A stretch of 64,000 nucleotides of DNA from an uncultured Armatimonadetes bacterium (lineage in GTDB: Bacteria > Armatimonadota > UBA5829 > DTJY01): positions 4,320,001-4,384,000 of the forward strand of contig OY970325.1 of the NCBI GenBank assembly GCA_963717145.1. Reading direction: 5' to 3'. The position numbers and the translations under genes were made by a program. The notes below the pieces were generated by a model that was not told the origin of the DNA, searched no databases, and saw nothing but the letters and a program-made list of their open reading frames with translations. The first letter of the stretch is position 1. Each line of letters begins with the position of its first letter. This document shows, one piece after another, positions 40,277 to 51,562 of this stretch.

Positions 40277-41364
40277 GGTCCAAACTCAAATTCCAGTGCC
40301 ACGTCATCCCCGAAGCGGCGGATGAGCGGCTTCGAAGTGGTGAGTGCATCGGCCATCGATTCGATGCCCTCGCCCTCGACCGGCGACTTCGCGTCCCGGC
40401 CGCCGACGATCTTCGGCGAGATGAAGATCAGCCCTCGGTCGACGACCCCCGCCGCGATCATCGAGGCGGCAAGCTCTCCGCCGCCCTCCAGCAAAACGCT
40501 GTGGATCCCCATGTTGCCGAGCTTTCGGAGGAGGCATCCCGGGTCGATCAAGCTGCCGTTGTCATTCACCTGCAGGACACGGATGCCGGCGCCCCTGAGC
40601 CTGTCGACATTCTCGTCCGGAGCGCCCTTAGTGGTGACAACGAGCGTCGGCGCTTCGTCACTCAGCACCCTGGCGCTCAATGGTATCCGCCCCTCGCTGT
40701 CCACTACTATCCTTATCGGCTGGTCCTTGGCGGTCTTGGCATCTTGGCGGTTGGTCAAAGCCGGATCATCCATCAGCACCGTCCCGATGCCGACCATGAT
40801 CGCGTCCGACTGACTTCGAAGCCGGTGGACGTGTGCCCTCGACTTCTCGCCGGTGACCCAGCGGGAGTCGCCGGTCCGAGTCGCGATCTTGCCATCGAGC
40901 GTCATCGCCGCCTTCCAGAGCACGAACGGCCGCCCGCAGGTCACCCACTTGATGAACCCGCGATTCAGTTCCCGCGCCTCGGCCTCGAGCAGCCCGACCT
41001 CGACCTCGATCCCCGCCGAGCGGAGTGTCTCGATCCCCTTGCCGGCGACCTCGGGGAACGGATCGACCATCGCGGCATAGACTTTTGTTATCCCCGCCGC
41101 GATGATGGCTTCCGTGCACGGCCCGGTCTTCCCATGGTGACAGCACGGCTCCAGGGTGACATAAAGCTCTGCGCCCTTCGCCACATCGCCCGCCGACTGG
41201 AGCGCGAAGACCTCCGCGTGAGGCTCTCCCGCCCGGGGGTGATATCCCTCGCCAACGATCCGCCCGTCTCGAACGACCACGGCCCCGACCATCGGGTTGG
41301 GGCTCGTTCGCCCGCGCCGCGCGATCGTCAACGCTCGTTTCATGTATTGGCTATCGTCCGCCAT
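40261..41364 (-). CDS. ribD: Riboflavin biosynthesis deaminase/reductase
   Basis: PNPMVG, HAEV, TLEPCCHHGKTGPC, TLDGKIA, LLEGGG. Confidence 0.96.
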   Translation of the reverse strand: MADDSQYMKRALTIARRGRTSPNPMVGAVVVRDGRIVGEGYHPRAGEPHAEVFALQSAGDVAKGAELYVTLEPCCHHGKTGPCTEAIIAAGITKVYAAMVDPFPEVAGKGIETLRSAGIEVEVGLLEAEARELNRGFIKWVTCGRPFVLWKAAMTLDGKIATRTGDSRWVTGEKSRAHVHRLRSQSDAIMVGIGTVLMDDPALTNRQDAKTAKDQPIRIVVDSEGRIPLSARVLSDEAPTLVVTTKGAPDENVDRLRGAGIRVLQVNDNGSLIDPGCLLRKLGNMGIHSVLLEGGGELAASMIAAGVVDRGLIFISPKIVGGRDAKSPVEGEGIESMADALTTSKPLIRRFGDDVALEFEFGPQRSL

Positions 41365-41707
41365 GGTTGTCCTTGTACGCTGCGACGAGTTCGTCGATCT
41401 TCTGCCTCTCCTTGGGGTCAACGAGTGGGCCGACGAAGAGCTTGACCACACCCAGCACCGCCATGGCGATCATTACCAGCAGTCCGTACCGGATGAACTT
41501 CCCTACATCAACATAGTGCTGGTGAGCACCTGACCAGTAGAGCCCGAAGTACACCCCCAGGAGCGCCAACCAGACGACCTTGTCCAAAACATGGAGCAAC
41601 GTCTGGCCGACGGTCTCCGCTCCACGGCGGAATGACCTAACGTGGGCAACGATGTTGATTGCAGAGGCGAGTGCCAACACCGCGAAGACGACGTACATCC
41701 AGTCCAT
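41351..41707 (-). CDS. Small membrane protein with about 3 TM segments
   Basis: Hydrophobic segments and an AGGAGG RBS. Confidence 0.7.
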   Translation of the reverse strand: MDWMYVVFAVLALASAINIVAHVRSFRRGAETVGQTLLHVLDKVVWLALLGVYFGLYWSGAHQHYVDVGKFIRYGLLVMIAMAVLGVVKLFVGPLVDPKERQKIDELVAAYKDNHGGR

Positions 41708-41786
41708 GCTGAGTCCTCCTGTGAAGCACATGGTGCATCGAGATAACCAGGGTGGGGGGCTTGGAACAAGCTCTCTCCATCTACCA

Positions 41787-42358
<572 letters not shown>

Positions 42359-42362
<4 letters not shown>

Positions 42363-42748
42363 GCCGATCCACCATCTGTGGAATCTGCCTCATCGGCGCA
42401 GTCTGCGCTTCTCAACACTTCGAAGCTCTGCTTCCTCTCCTCGCCGAAGCGGAGCGCCACCTGCTTCATATCCGCCAGCGTCATCAGCACAACGGCCACA
42501 GAGAGTGAGAAGCAGAAGGTCCACCAGCCGATCGCCGCCAGCGGGTTGTACGCCCGAGCCGGCCCGTCGCCGATCAGGATCATCGCGAGGATGATGAGGA
42601 TGAAGGCAGCCGACGTGACGCGCAGGACCTTCTGCCTGTGATTGACTAGCCGCGCGCCGGTGACCCAGCCGTGGATATCGACGCTGAGAAGCACGATCAC
42701 CAGCACCATACCCAGGCCGAGCAGTACCTGAAGCACCGGCGATTCCAT
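42359..42748 (-). CDS. Membrane protein with 3 TM segments
   Basis: GAGGTG RBS, directly after rpe. Confidence 0.75.
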
Positions 42749-42752
42749 GGCA

Positions 42753-43403
42753 TCACCTCATGCAGGCGGCCCGCAGGGAAGCGATCGCCGCCTCAGGGCC
42801 GCTGGGGTTATCGAAAACGAACGATCCCGCCACCAGCACATTCGCTCCAGCGGCGACGATCTGCGCGCAGGTATCGAGGTTCACGCCGCCGTCGACGTAG
42901 ATGTCGAGTTCGGGGGCCATCGCACGGGCCTCCGCGATCTTCGAGAACATCGCCGGGATGAACTCCTGGCCGCCGAATCCGGGGTTGACCGTCATGATGA
43001 GCAGCATGTCGATGTCGCCGATCACATTCTCGATTGTGCAGAGCGGCGTATGAGGGTTGAGTGAGACACCCGCCAGCGCGCCTGCCTCCTTGATCTGCTG
43101 GATCGTGCGGTGCAGGTGCGGGCACGTTTCGACGTGCACGGTGACCGAGTCGCATCCGGCATCGACGAACTCGCACAGAATCTGCTCCGGGTGCTCGATC
43201 ATCAGGTGGCCGTCGAGCCGGAGTGTCGTCTTGTCCCTCACGCTTCGGACCACCAGCGGCCCGAACGTGATGTTCGGCACGAAACGGCCGTCCATGATGT
43301 CGAGATGCAGGCAGTCGGCTCCTGCGGCCGTTACGATTCGGACGTCACGCTCCAGGTTGCTGAAATCGGCCGAGAGCAATGACGGAGCGATCTGAAATCT
43401 CAT
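42753..43403 (-). CDS. rpe: Ribulose-phosphate 3-epimerase
   Basis: APSLLSADF, HLDIMDG, DGHLM, MTVNPGFGGQ, VDGG. Confidence 0.97.
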   Translation of the reverse strand: MRFQIAPSLLSADFSNLERDVRIVTAAGADCLHLDIMDGRFVPNITFGPLVVRSVRDKTTLRLDGHLMIEHPEQILCEFVDAGCDSVTVHVETCPHLHRTIQQIKEAGALAGVSLNPHTPLCTIENVIGDIDMLLIMTVNPGFGGQEFIPAMFSKIAEARAMAPELDIYVDGGVNLDTCAQIVAAGANVLVAGSFVFDNPSGPEAAIASLRAACMR

Positions 43404-45095
43404 TTCTTCAGCTCCTCGATCAGCTTGTCGTCTATGTAGATGCGGATGGTAACCTGCTTGCCCAGGCCCTGTACCGATTGCCTGATCACGTCGCCCGGGT
43501 GGCCGATGTCCGAGTAGACGACATTCTCGCCATAGTCATCGACCACGGTGATCTGCACCATCTGATTGTCGCGGCCTGAGGGCACCTCGAACTTCACGTT
43601 GAACGTTCGCGGCTGAGCGGTTGCATCCGTGTTGTCGGTCGGAGGCTCAGGCGGGGTGAAGACCTCCTCGGTCGGCTTCTGGCCGAGACTGATGATGAGT
43701 TCGACCGGATCGCCGCGCATCAGACGGGTGCCCGGGACGGGCGATTGCCTGATGATTCTGCCCGTCTCGATGGTGTCGCTGTACTCCTGCGTCAGTTCGC
43801 CGACCACCAATCCCTCGTCCATGAGCCGCTTGCGGGCGGTCTCCTCGGGAAGTGTGCTCAGCCTGGGGACCAGGGCGTACTTCGATCCCTTGCTTACCCA
43901 TATTTCCACAGTCTTCCCGGATTTGATCGTTCGCCCGGGACCCGGATTCGCGTAGTAGAACCACGCCCTGATCGTACTTCTCGTTGAACTCCTCGGTCTT
44001 GACAACCAGAGTGATATGGACCTTCCTGGCCATCGTCTGCGCAGTGATAAGGTCCTTGCCGATGATATCGGGCACGACAGCTTCGCCTGGGTTCATCCAG
44101 ACGTATGCGACCATCGCCGTTGCGATCACCGCTATGACGGCGACCGCAACGATGAGCGTCTTGCGCAGGACTGAAAGCACAGCCGGCGCATCTTCCTCGA
44201 AGTCATCGTCGACGGCGATCGGCTCGGGTGTCTTCTTCTCAGTCGTCGGCGTCCAAGTCTGCGGCCTGGACAGGTTGAGTCCGTCCCGCACAGATTTCAG
44301 GTCGTTGAGCATCGCCTTGGCCGAGCGGAACCTGCTGTCAGGCTCCTTCTGCAGTGCCTTGGTGATCAGCGTCTCGAACGCCTTGGGCACCCCCGGATTG
44401 GCCGCTCGAATCGAAGGAATCGGGTCCTTGGCGTGCTTCAGGGCAATCGAGATCGGCGTGTCGGAGTCGTAAGGGACGCTCCCCGTCAGCAACTCGTAGA
44501 GAATGATGCCGAGCGAGTAGATATCGGATGCCGGGCTCGCCGCGACTCCTTCGGCGACTTCGGGCGCCATGTAGTGGACCGACCGCATCATCGCGCTGGT
44601 CCGGATCGCCTGTGATGAACTGACCGCGTTGCCCACCCAGAAGTCGGTAAGCTTGATGTAGCCCTCGGGGGTGACGAGTATGTTGCCGGGCCTGAGGTCG
44701 CTGTTGGTGAACCCGCGCTTGTGCGCGAAATCGAGGGCGTCGCAGATGGCGATTCCGACATCGACCGCGGTCGCGAGGCTGAATGGCGCGTTCCGTCGAA
44801 TGCGCTCCTTCAGGTCGACGCCGCGAACGTATTCGACTACGACGAAATAGCTGCCGTCTTCCTCGCCGGCATCGTAGACATCGGCGATACCGGGGTGCGA
44901 GATCCCCGCCATCGCCTGGGCCTCCACGAGTATCCGCTCCGCGAACATGCGGTTCGAGGCATACTGTGGGAGCAGTACCTTGACGGCCACGACCCGGTTG
45001 TCGATCTTGTCCTCGGCCTTATAGACGGTGAAGAGACTGCCCTCACCGATCTTCTCCTGCACCTCATATCGGTGCTTGAACACCGTTCCGGTCAA
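43400..45095 (-). CDS. pknB: PASTA-domain Ser/Thr kinase (PknB/PrkC-like), frameshifted near 43960
   Basis: Kinase fold (VAVK, SVHYMAPE, SDIYSLG), a TM segment, and PASTA repeats split across two frames. Confidence 0.85.
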
Positions 45096-45212
45096 GTAAT
45101 CCTACTCCTACTCAGTTACAGCGTGGTCATGTAGTGGCCGTGCCTCTGTGCCGGCCATCCGACCTCGCAGGCCGGCACAGAGGCACGGCCACTACATGAC
45201 CACGTCTGCCGT

Positions 45213-45407
45213 CTAGCCTTTCCGATCGCGAAACCACTTCACCGCCCTGACGCCCGATACCGCCGCCAGGAGCGCGAGCATCGCCCAGTATGTATACGTC
45301 AGATCGAGGCGCGATGTGCCGAAGTACCTGTCCACGAACTGAACAGCCACGATCATCAACCACACCGACGCCGCGATTTCGATTGCCAGATCACCGAGTT
45401 TGCGCAT
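45213..45407 (-). CDS. Small 2-TM membrane protein
   Basis: 64-aa hydrophobic ORF in operon orientation. Confidence 0.55.
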   Translation of the reverse strand: MRKLGDLAIEIAASVWLMIVAVQFVDRYFGTSRLDLTYTYWAMLALLAAVSGVRAVKWFRDRKG

Positions 45408-45472
45408 CTATGTGTGTCCGTAGGGGAGGCCTTCAACGGCCTCCCGTTCGGGCGGGCGTAGAAGCACCGCCC

Positions 45473-46594
45473 CTACGGTTTCAGCGTCTCTTGCTTCTTG
45501 AGCGCCTGGGCGATCAACTCCGGCGTCACATCTTCTGAGACGACCGCCGAGCCGATCTCGTTCACCAGTACGAACCGAAGCTTCCCGTGCGCTACCTTTT
45601 TGTCGAGCTTCATCGCCTGGATGACGGCCTCGGGACTGATTCCCTCGGGCGGCCGATGGGGCAGGCCGGCGCGCCGCAGCAGCTCCACGATCCGCCAGGT
45701 AATCGAGTCATCCAGCAAGCCCATCTCCTGAGAGATGAACGCCGATGTCACCATCCCGATCGCCACCCCCTCGCCGTGGAGCAGCCGCTTGTACCCGGTG
45801 AGCGACTCGACCGCGTGGCCGACTGTGTGCCCAAAGTTGAGGATCGCCCGCAGCCCGGATTCCCGCTCGTCCTGCGTCACGACGGACGCCTTGAGTTCGA
45901 CCGAGCGCTGGACCACATGCCTCAGCGGCTCGGCGTCCAGGCTCATTATGGCGGGCAGATTCTGCTCCAGATAAGCGTAATAGCCACTGTCGAGGATTAT
46001 ACCATGTTTGATGACCTCGGCCAACCCGGACCGATACTGGGACTTGGGGAGTGTGCGCAGAGTCCCAGTGTCGGCGAGCACGATCTTCGGCTGATAGAAT
46101 GCGCCGACGAGGTTCTTGCCCCGGGGGAGATCGACGCCGACCTTCCCGCCGACGCTCGCATCGACCTGAGCAAGGAGTGAGGTCGGCATCTGCACGAAGT
46201 CGATGCCGCGCAGATAGGTGGCCGCGACGAAGCCGGCCAGGTCGCCGACGACTCCTCCGCCGAGGCCGATCACCATGCCGGTCCGGTCGATCCGATGGTC
46301 GAGCATCTTCTCGTAGACGCCTCGGACGGTGCTGAGCGTCTTGTAACGCTCGCCCGCCGGGATCATGATGACGTGTCCGGTGATCCCGGCGGATTGGAGG
46401 CTCTCCACGACGCGTTCGGCATACAGCTTCCCGATGCGGGGGTTGGTCACGATGGCCGCAACCCGCGCCGTCGACGCGCCCGAAACCAGCTCGCCCGCCC
46501 GATCGAGGACTCCCTCCCCGACGTGTACGTCGTAGCTTCTCTCAGCAAGGCTGACGTGTACCAAACTCATACTCATACTCCTACTCATACTCAA
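45473..46594 (-). CDS. aroB: 3-dehydroquinate synthase (exact start uncertain because of a hexamer repeat)
   Basis: GGGVVGDLAGF, PTSLLAQVDASVGGK, LNFGHTVGHAVE, HGEGVAIG. Confidence 0.96.
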   Translation of the reverse strand: MSMSRSMSMSLVHVSLAERSYDVHVGEGVLDRAGELVSGASTARVAAIVTNPRIGKLYAERVVESLQSAGITGHVIMIPAGERYKTLSTVRGVYEKMLDHRIDRTGMVIGLGGGVVGDLAGFVAATYLRGIDFVQMPTSLLAQVDASVGGKVGVDLPRGKNLVGAFYQPKIVLADTGTLRTLPKSQYRSGLAEVIKHGIILDSGYYAYLEQNLPAIMSLDAEPLRHVVQRSVELKASVVTQDERESGLRAILNFGHTVGHAVESLTGYKRLLHGEGVAIGMVTSAFISQEMGLLDDSITWRIVELLRRAGLPHRPPEGISPEAVIQAMKLDKKVAHGKLRFVLVNEIGSAVVSEDVTPELIAQALKKQETLKP

Positions 46595-46600
46595 AACGGG

Positions 46601-47770
46601 TCAGCGACTGCCCGCACTTCCCTGCAGCAGCTTCACTATCCGTTTGTTGCCATATTTGTTAGCCAGATCCAGCGCCGTCCGGCCTTTATTATCCGTAATG
46701 GTAACATCCGCTCCACTGGAGAGCAACAGGCGGACCACGCCGGAGTGGTTGTGCCCCGTCGGTCCCCATCCGGTGGCCTCATGCAGCGGAGTCTGTCCCC
46801 GTCTGTTGCGGGCGTTCACATCGGCTCCGGCGGCAATCAGAAACCTCGCCACCCCGACCTGATTCTCTGACATCGCTCCGTGTAGCGGCGTGTCACCGCG
46901 CTTGTCTTTGGCGTTGACCTTCGCCCCTGACCGAATCAACAGAGCGACCACCGCTGTCAGGCCGGATACCGCAGGATAATACAGCGGCGGGTGTCCATAG
47001 CCGTTCCTCGCATTCGGATCAGCGCCATGCTTGATGAGGATTCTGATGATCGCCTTGTCAACGTGGACGACGGCTGTATGCAGCGCGGTGTCACCTTCAT
47101 CATTGTGGGCATTAGGATCCGCCTCCAGTCCAAGCACGAACTCTACTGCACCCTTTCGCTTCGATTCCACCATCGCCTGAAGCGGGGTGTACTGGTGCCC
47201 GTCCGCTGAGCTGATGTCTGCGCCTTGAGCCAGCAGGTTCTCAGCCATCACCCGGTCGCACAGCCCCGCTGCGACCCAGATGTCGGGCACTGCTCCCTTC
47301 GATAGGAGCAACTTCACAGTATCCTTGTATCCGTGAAACGCAGCATGATGGACCGGCATCCAGCCTTCCTCATCCGGAGCATTCACTTCGAGGCCGGAGT
47401 CGATCAGTATCTCCGCCACCTGTGTGCTGCCGAACCGAGCAGCTACGTGCAGCAGAGTTCCCTCCCAGCCGAACTCGCGCCGGGAGTCCGCGCCCTTCTC
47501 GATCAGAAGCCTGGCGACCTCTGGACAGTTGTGGAGCGCTGCCTCGTGCAGAGGCGTCTCCTCGTAGTCGTTCAGTGCCTCGATATCTGTTCCCTTGGCT
47601 ATCAGGAGGTCAGCCATGTCGCGTTCATCGTGTTCTGAGGCGATGTGCAAGAGCGTGAGCCCGGACTCATCCCGGGCATTCACGTCTCCGCCCTCGGACA
47701 GCCCGCGCCTGATAGTCTCAATGTCGCCGCGATATGCCGCGGTAACAAGATCAATCATCGGCCTTGTCAC
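46601..47770 (-). CDS. Ankyrin-repeat protein
   Basis: Multiple G.TPLH.A and GADVNA repeats. Confidence 0.93.
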   Translation of the reverse strand: MTRPMIDLVTAAYRGDIETIRRGLSEGGDVNARDESGLTLLHIASEHDERDMADLLIAKGTDIEALNDYEETPLHEAALHNCPEVARLLIEKGADSRREFGWEGTLLHVAARFGSTQVAEILIDSGLEVNAPDEEGWMPVHHAAFHGYKDTVKLLLSKGAVPDIWVAAGLCDRVMAENLLAQGADISSADGHQYTPLQAMVESKRKGAVEFVLGLEADPNAHNDEGDTALHTAVVHVDKAIIRILIKHGADPNARNGYGHPPLYYPAVSGLTAVVALLIRSGAKVNAKDKRGDTPLHGAMSENQVGVARFLIAAGADVNARNRRGQTPLHEATGWGPTGHNHSGVVRLLLSSGADVTITDNKGRTALDLANKYGNKRIVKLLQGSAGSR

Positions 47771-48371
47771 TCCTCGTGCTGCCCGTCAAGCCCATGACTT
47801 TCGTGTAATGATAGCCGAGGTCCTCGTCGATAGGGAGCGTGATCCTGCCAAAGAATGAATGCGCTCCGGTGTGGACGTTCTCCTTCGGCACGGTCTTGTT
47901 GAACGTGGTGTCCTCCTCGGGGGAGAGCACGCCCTCCAGGCGCACTGACGTGCCCCACTCCTTGTCGTCTTTGAACTCCCACTTGCCTGTGTTCGTGATC
48001 ATCTCGCCGTTCCTGCGCAAGTAGACCTGGAGATACGTGCCATCCGGCTTGAGCGCCAGGGTCTCGAATCCGCCGACCGCGCCGAACGTGTCATAGCGCG
48101 CCTCGTAGATGCCGACCACGTCGCTCCTGGGTATGTGCTGGTCGATCAGTGGTTTGAGGGCCAACAGCGCAGCATATCGAGCCGTCAGCAACGCCAGGCC
48201 GAACAAGACGCCGAAACCGACAAGCCACACGAGGGCGGCGACGATCGAGAACCGCCACGACTTCTTCAAGGCCCGCGCGAGGACCGTAACCGCAATCGCG
48301 ACGATCAGCGCGAAGATGCACGCGCCCAGAACGAAGACCGCAAAGGCAAAGAAGGGTAGTGCGAACTCCAC
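47751..48371 (-). CDS. Membrane-anchored hypothetical protein
   Basis: Two N-terminal TM segments followed by a soluble domain. Confidence 0.65.
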   Translation of the reverse strand: MEFALPFFAFAVFVLGACIFALIVAIAVTVLARALKKSWRFSIVAALVWLVGFGVLFGLALLTARYAALLALKPLIDQHIPRSDVVGIYEARYDTFGAVGGFETLALKPDGTYLQVYLRRNGEMITNTGKWEFKDDKEWGTSVRLEGVLSPEEDTTFNKTVPKENVHTGAHSFFGRITLPIDEDLGYHYTKVMGLTGSTRSDKADD

Positions 48372-48374
48372 GGG

Positions 48375-48758
48375 CTAACCTCCTTCGGGCGCTGTTTCCC
48401 CAGGCTGCGTCTGAGGTGTTCTCCAGATGTACAGATACCAGTACACCGGCAGCGCGAGCACGTTTCCCACGACTAACAGACCGATCCAGAGAGCCTTGCG
48501 GCTTCTTGTCGCCCAGCTCCAACTCGCGATCTCCCGGATGTACAGCACCATGAGCGCTATCACTATCCCTACCGTGGCCAGGTAGATCAACACCAGGATT
48601 GTCCCGAACGCCATCATTTCCGGTGACACGGATGAGCCCGGAAATGCCAGAATCATGCCAACATTGCCGAATACCCCGTAGAAAAGGAAGCACCATACGA
48701 GCGGCCAGATGGAAACCAGCCCCAAATCGATCTTGGTTGTTCTCGGCGTGCTGTTCAC
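48375..48758 (-). CDS. Small membrane protein (PLDc_N-like C-terminus)
   Basis: KALWIGLLVVGNVLALPVYWYLYIW. Confidence 0.65.
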   Translation of the reverse strand: MNSTPRTTKIDLGLVSIWPLVWCFLFYGVFGNVGMILAFPGSSVSPEMMAFGTILVLIYLATVGIVIALMVLYIREIASWSWATRSRKALWIGLLVVGNVLALPVYWYLYIWRTPQTQPGETAPEGG

Positions 48759-48853
48759 TCGGACGCCCCCCTACTGCAGTCTCATACAGCGATGGAGTGG
48801 CAGAACACCCCACCACTCCATCTCTCCAATACTCCATCACCCCGCCGGACCGA

Positions 48854-49270
48854 TCATTCCAGCCGGTCGAGTGGCTTCAGACCCGCATCACGCGCGGCGG
48901 CCTCGATCGCCTCGAGGTTATCGCCCTTGACGACGAACACCGCGCGCTTGCCCCGCTCGAGGATGCACCCGTAGGCGTCGGTCACGTTCAACTGCGCCTT
49001 CTCGATCGCCTTCGAGAGCGTCACGAGCGCGCCCGGCTTGTCGGGGATCTCGATGCACGCGACCGGATTGAGCGCGGCGGCGATCCCTGCGCCCGAGAGG
49101 ATATCCTTGGCGCGCGCGGGCTCGGCGGTCAGTATCTTCAGGACCCCGAACTGCCCCTCGTCGGCGAGTTCGAGCGCCAGGATGTCGATCCCCGCCTGCC
49201 CGAGCAGCTCGGCCACCCGCGACAGCTTGCCCGGCTTGTTCTCAACGAAAACCCGCACCTCGTTGTACAT
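48854..49270 (-). CDS. ACT domain protein (paaK-associated)
   Basis: VFVENKPGKL, IPDKPGAL. Confidence 0.88.
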   Translation of the reverse strand: MYNEVRVFVENKPGKLSRVAELLGQAGIDILALELADEGQFGVLKILTAEPARAKDILSGAGIAAALNPVACIEIPDKPGALVTLSKAIEKAQLNVTDAYGCILERGKRAVFVVKGDNLEAIEAAARDAGLKPLDRLE

Positions 49271-49300
49271 GGCGATCCTCCTGTCTTGGAGCGCGGTGGC

Positions 49301-49361
49301 TTGTAGGAGCAGCTTCCTAGCTGCGATCCGCTCCTTCGCAGCTAGGAAGCTGCTCCTACAA
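49301..49361. repeat. GTAG REP pair
   Basis: ttgtaggagcagcttcctagctgcga...tcgcagctaggaagctgctcctacaa. Confidence 0.88.
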
Positions 49362-49364
49362 AGA

Positions 49365-50684
49365 TCATGTCCGTTCGTCGATGACGCGCTTGGCCTTGCC
49401 CTCGCTCGCGGGCAGGCTGCCCGGCTCGGCGATCTCGATGTTGACGGTGAAGCCGACCTGCTCCCTGAGCTGCCTGCCGAGTTCCGCGCGCAGGTCGCGC
49501 AGGTGCTCGATCGAGCCGTCGAACTCCGACTTCGCGATCTCGACCTTCACCGTCATCTGGTCGAGCGATTCCTTCTTGCCGAGGCAGATGACGTAGTTCC
49601 CGCCGAGCCACTTGTGCCGCATCAGGACTTCCTCGATCTGGCTCGGGAAGACGTTCACGCCGCGGATGATCAGCATATCGTCCGAGCGGCCTACGAACCT
49701 CGCCAGTCGCGCATGTGCCCGCCCGCAGGGACACCCGTCACTCATGACGCGCGTCAGGTCGCGGGTCCGGTAGCGGATGATCGGCATCGCGGTCCGGCGG
49801 AGCGTGGTCATGACCAGCTCGCCGACCTCTCCGGGCTTGACCGGCTGCAGCGTCTCCGGGTTGATGATCTCGACGAGATACGAGTCCTCCCAGATGTGCA
49901 TACCGTCCTGCTGCTCGCACTCGAACGCCACGCCCGGGCCGTTCATCTCGCTCAGCCCGTAGCTGTTGAACACCTTGAAGCCGTAGAGGTCCTGGAGCTT
50001 GAGGCGCATCTCCTCGGTGTACGGCTCGGCCCCGAGCGCCGCGATCTTGAATCCCGAGGGATCGGGGGTCGTCGCCCTCCTGGACCATTCGCTCGGCGAC
50101 GTGCATGGCGTAGCTCGGTGTCGCGTGGATGACGGTGACGTGGAAGTCGCGGATGAGCGTGATCTGGCGCGCGGTGTTCCCCGCGCCGGCCGGGATGATC
50201 CACATCCCGAGCCGCTCGGCGCCGTAGTGCAGTCCGAGGCCGCCGGTGAAGAGGCCGTAGCCGCTCATGTTCTGGAAGACGTCGTGCGGGCGAGCGCCGG
50301 CCATCGTGGAGGCATCGGGCCATCAGCTCGGCCCAGTTGTCGACGTCCTCGCGCGTGTGGAAGATGGCGGTCGGCTTGCCGGTCGTGCCGCTCGAGGTGT
50401 GCATGCGGATGATCTCCTCGGGCGCGACGGAGAGCATCCCGGTGGGATAGCTGAGCCTGAGGTCGTCCTTGGATGGTCAACGGCAGTCGGGCGGCATCAT
50501 CGAGCGACTCTGATGTCCCCCGGCTCGACGCCGACTTCCTTGAGCTTCGATGCGTACCACGGCGACTTCTTCGCCTGCTCGACGATCGCTTGAGCGCCTC
50601 GACCTGCCAGTCGGTCAACTCATCGCGCGACATCCGCTCGAAGCGCCCACCGATTCTCTCGTCCAGCTGTTCCGTCGTGATCAT
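49365..50684 (-). CDS. paaK: Phenylacetate-CoA ligase with multiple frameshifts
   Basis: HTSSGTTGKP, YGLFTGGLG, YGLSEMNGPGV, RYRTRD and GRSDDMLIIRGVNVFPSQIE are spread over several frames. Confidence 0.88.
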
Positions 50685-50688
50685 GCTG

Positions 50689-51093
50689 TTACCTGATGAA
50701 CTTGATCGGGCATATCCCTTGCTGCTGGACAGCATCGAACTCGTGGTGATCAGCGGTCACTACCTCTCCGCCAACTCGCAAGGCAAGGGACAAGCAGAAG
50801 CAATCGGCAAGTGAGATCCGTCGCAAAGTAACCTTGTATCCGCCAGCCAATTGCCAGAAGTCTGGATCCATATCGTCTCGAACCGCTAGTGGCATCTCGA
50901 TCAGTTCCGTTATGATCCGTTTTGCCGCCTGTTCATCGTTCGTTCTCATGTAGTCATAGTACACTTCGCAGAGATTGACGGCATGGACGAAACAGGTGTT
51001 AGAGGGATCGTCGATCATGCGAGTCACTGATCGACCTCCGGGCTCATTCTGGACTATTGCGATCAGAGCATTGGCATCCAGGACGAGGTTCAT
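50689..51093 (-). CDS. vapC: PIN-domain (VapC-like) toxin
   Basis: VLDANALIA, VNLCEV, SLADCFCL, VVTADHHEF. Confidence 0.9.
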   Translation of the reverse strand: MNLVLDANALIAIVQNEPGGRSVTRMIDDPSNTCFVHAVNLCEVYYDYMRTNDEQAAKRIITELIEMPLAVRDDMDPDFWQLAGGYKVTLRRISLADCFCLSLALRVGGEVVTADHHEFDAVQQQGICPIKFIR

Positions 51094-51424
51094 GCAGCCT
51101 CATCCTCAGGCTTGCGGAGAGCTCGGATGATCCTCTTCCCACCTGCGCTCTTCCTCGTCGGTCTCTTCGTGTTTCTCACGCATAATGTCGTCAAGAGTCC
51201 GACCAGGTCTCGGGTACTTGCCCAGGAGCGAGAGGGCGCTCCGCGTAGCCGGCTTCACAGGCGATGATCCACCTGCAAAGCTGGTCGAGCGCCTGCTCAG
51301 GTATCCGATAGATGCGTCCGATCTTGCGCCCGGGAATGCGTCCCTGCTTGATCCATGTCCTGATGGTATTCGGCTTGACCTGCAACTTGTCCGCCGCCTG
51401 CTCCACGGTCATCATACTGGTCAT
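51090..51424 (-). CDS. Xis-like HTH antitoxin, frameshifted
   Basis: MTVEQAADKLQVKPNTIRTWIKQGRIPGRKIGRIYRI, continuing as SALSLLGKYPRPGRTLDDIMREKHEE in another frame. Confidence 0.72.
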
Positions 51425-51443
51425 GATCGCTCACCTCAAGCCC

Positions 51444-51488
51444 ATTATACCACCAAACACCACTAAACGCAACTAAACAACACTAAAC
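51444..51488 (-). promoter_or_regulatory. TA promoter with phased direct repeats
   Basis: TTGCGT-17-TATAAT. AC(C/T)AAAC occurs at 51452, 51462, 51472 and 51482. Confidence 0.7.
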
Positions 51489-51562
51489 CGTAGGGGAGGG
51501 CTTCAACGCCCTCCCGTTGGAGGTCTGCGATACCCACCCAGGGAGGGCGTTGAAGCCCTCCC

